38,563 bases of DNA from an uncultured Deferribacteres bacterium. GTDB taxonomy: Bacteria; Zhuqueibacterota; Zhuqueibacteria; Zhuqueibacterales; Geothermadaptataceae. The notes below the pieces were generated by a model, which worked only from the letters and a program-made list of their open reading frames with translations, had not been told where the DNA came from and ran no database searches. Positions within the stretch are counted from its first letter, which is position 1. Each line of letters starts with the position of its first letter. The translations under genes were made by a program, and so were the position numbers. This document shows, one piece after another, positions 37,352 through 38,563 of this stretch. The stretch spans positions 1 through 38,563 of the forward strand of contig CAXHAT010000064.1 in assembly GCA_964014485.1 (NCBI GenBank). Reading direction: 5' to 3'.

Positions 37352-37366
37352 CCCATCGAGGCGATA

Positions 37367-37621
37367 ATGGATGATGATTTTTCCAATTTGCAGCGTCCCA
37401 AGCATCCAATGCCTGATTTCGTTCGCCGGGCTTTGGAGGAAAGTAATTTGACAGGCGCTTACAAAGCACGTCCAGCGTATCAGCAGAATGACTATATTGG
37501 TTGGATTGCGCACGCAAAACGTCAGGAGACGAAAGAAAAGCGTCTTTTGCAAATGCTTGAAGAGCTCGAAACGGGCGGCGTCTACATGAAGATGAAGCAT
37601 CCGGCGTCAGCGAAAAGATAA
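37367..37621 (+). CDS. YdeI/OmpD-associated (OmdA) family protein
   Basis: MPDFVRRAL...AYKARPAYQQNDYIGWIAHAKRQETKEKRLLQMLEEL pattern; GAGG RBS before ATG 37367. Confidence 0.8.
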   Translation: MDDDFSNLQRPKHPMPDFVRRALEESNLTGAYKARPAYQQNDYIGWIAHAKRQETKEKRLLQMLEELETGGVYMKMKHPASAKR

Positions 37622-37698
37622 GCTTGCCAGAGACATTTTGAATTCCTATGTATGGGGCTTCAAGATGCTATCAATTCGTATTCATTTAAGGAGAACAA

Positions 37699-38517
37699 AT
37701 GAGTCAGGATCAATCGGTTTTAATCACCGGCAGCAGCAGTGGATTTGGTTTTTTGATGACACGAACGTTGTTGGAAAACGGTCACACTGTTTACGCCTCG
37801 ATGCGAAACTTGAGCGGCAAGAATTCCGGAAAGGCCGACGAGCTTAAAGAAGCCGCTCAGGAGAAGTCGGGGACATTACATTTTGTAGAATTGGACGTGA
37901 CGGATGACGCTTCCGTCGAAAAAGCCGTTAACGGAATTCTCAGCGACGGCGGGCAGATCGACGTAGTCGTCAACAACGCCGGGTACGGATCGGGCGGCTA
38001 TACCGAGGGCTTTACATCAGATCAAGTACATCGCATTTTTGACGTGAACGTTTACGGCGTGCATCGCGTCAATCGTGCCGTCTTGCCTTCGATGCGAGAG
38101 CGCGGTTCCGGCTTGCTGATTCATATTTCGAGTGTGATGGGGCGGATCGTGCTGCCGTTTGCGGCGCTTTACACGGCGTCAAAATATGCGTTGGAAGGTT
38201 ATGCGGAAAGCTTGCGTTACGAACTCTCCGGTACAGGCGTCGATTCTGTAATTATTCAACCGGGCGGATTCATGACTGGGTTTTTAGGCAACATGGATCA
38301 GCCGTCGGACGCAGCAAGAATTGAAAGCTACGGCGCATTGAAAGACGTGCCGGATCAGTTTTGGGGCGGACTCGGCCAAGCCTTGCAGTCTGACGACACG
38401 CCGGATCCGCAAGAAGTTGCGGATGCGGTGCTCAAGTATGTGCAAACGCCGGCGGGCGAGCGTCCGTTGCGAACCGTTGTCGATCCGCTGAGCGGCGGCG
38501 AAGGCCCGACGGCCATC
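37699..38517 (+). CDS. Short-chain dehydrogenase/reductase, 3' truncated by adapter
   Basis: TGSSSGFG, LDVTD, NNAGYG, ISSVMG, YTASK, IQPGGF; AAGGAG RBS. The ORF-track ending LSLIHI* comes from the adapter. Confidence 0.9.
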
Positions 38518-38563
38518 CTGTCTCTTATACACATCTGACGCTGCCGACGAGCTTCTTGGTGTA
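38518..38563 (+). other. Nextera (Tn5 mosaic end) adapter read-through, technical artifact
   Basis: CTGTCTCTTATACACATCT (38518-38536) + GACGCTGCCGACGA (38537-38550) + 8 nt index GCTTCTTG + GTGTA (start of the P5 reverse complement). Confidence 0.99.

Noticed and set aside
38284..38532. Minus-strand ORF starting MYKRQ, or a Tn5/IS50 end
   Set aside because: It begins inside the Nextera adapter; technical artifact, not a transposon.

Overview
A 38.6 kb bacterial contig segment. Gene content (TonB receptor + PorV-like barrel + proteins with 'QNFPNPFNPST...ASGVYFY...KMLLLK'-type C-terminal sorting domains, no SusD) suggests an FCB-group organism such as KSB1/Calditrichota; this is inference. Positions 1-25433 are all minus-strand: TetR, a secreted Zn metalloprotease, an SDR + ceramidase-like pair, then a surface locus (TonB-dependent receptor - sorting-domain/FN3 protein - PorV-like), a duplicated [CRTAC1/ASPIC-UnbV + TPR lipoprotein] module around an FG-GAP sorting-domain protein, a Tat-exported creatinase-like M24 enzyme with substituted metal ligands, DUF2200, xylulokinase and a truncated amidase. 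The plus-strand half has two paralogous ~1020 aa double-domain amidohydrolases separated by a ~3.6 kb insert: a RAYT transposase flanked by two mirror-image REPINs with compensatory stem changes, a hypothetical gene and an AT-rich TPR lipoprotein. A partner amidohydrolase, a YdeI/OmdA-like gene and an SDR follow. Many intergenic gaps hold palindromic elements of several distinct families; one appears nested in another and one appears inserted in frame inside a CRTAC1 gene. The last 46 bp are Nextera adapter. All calls come from reading the sequence; no searches were run.
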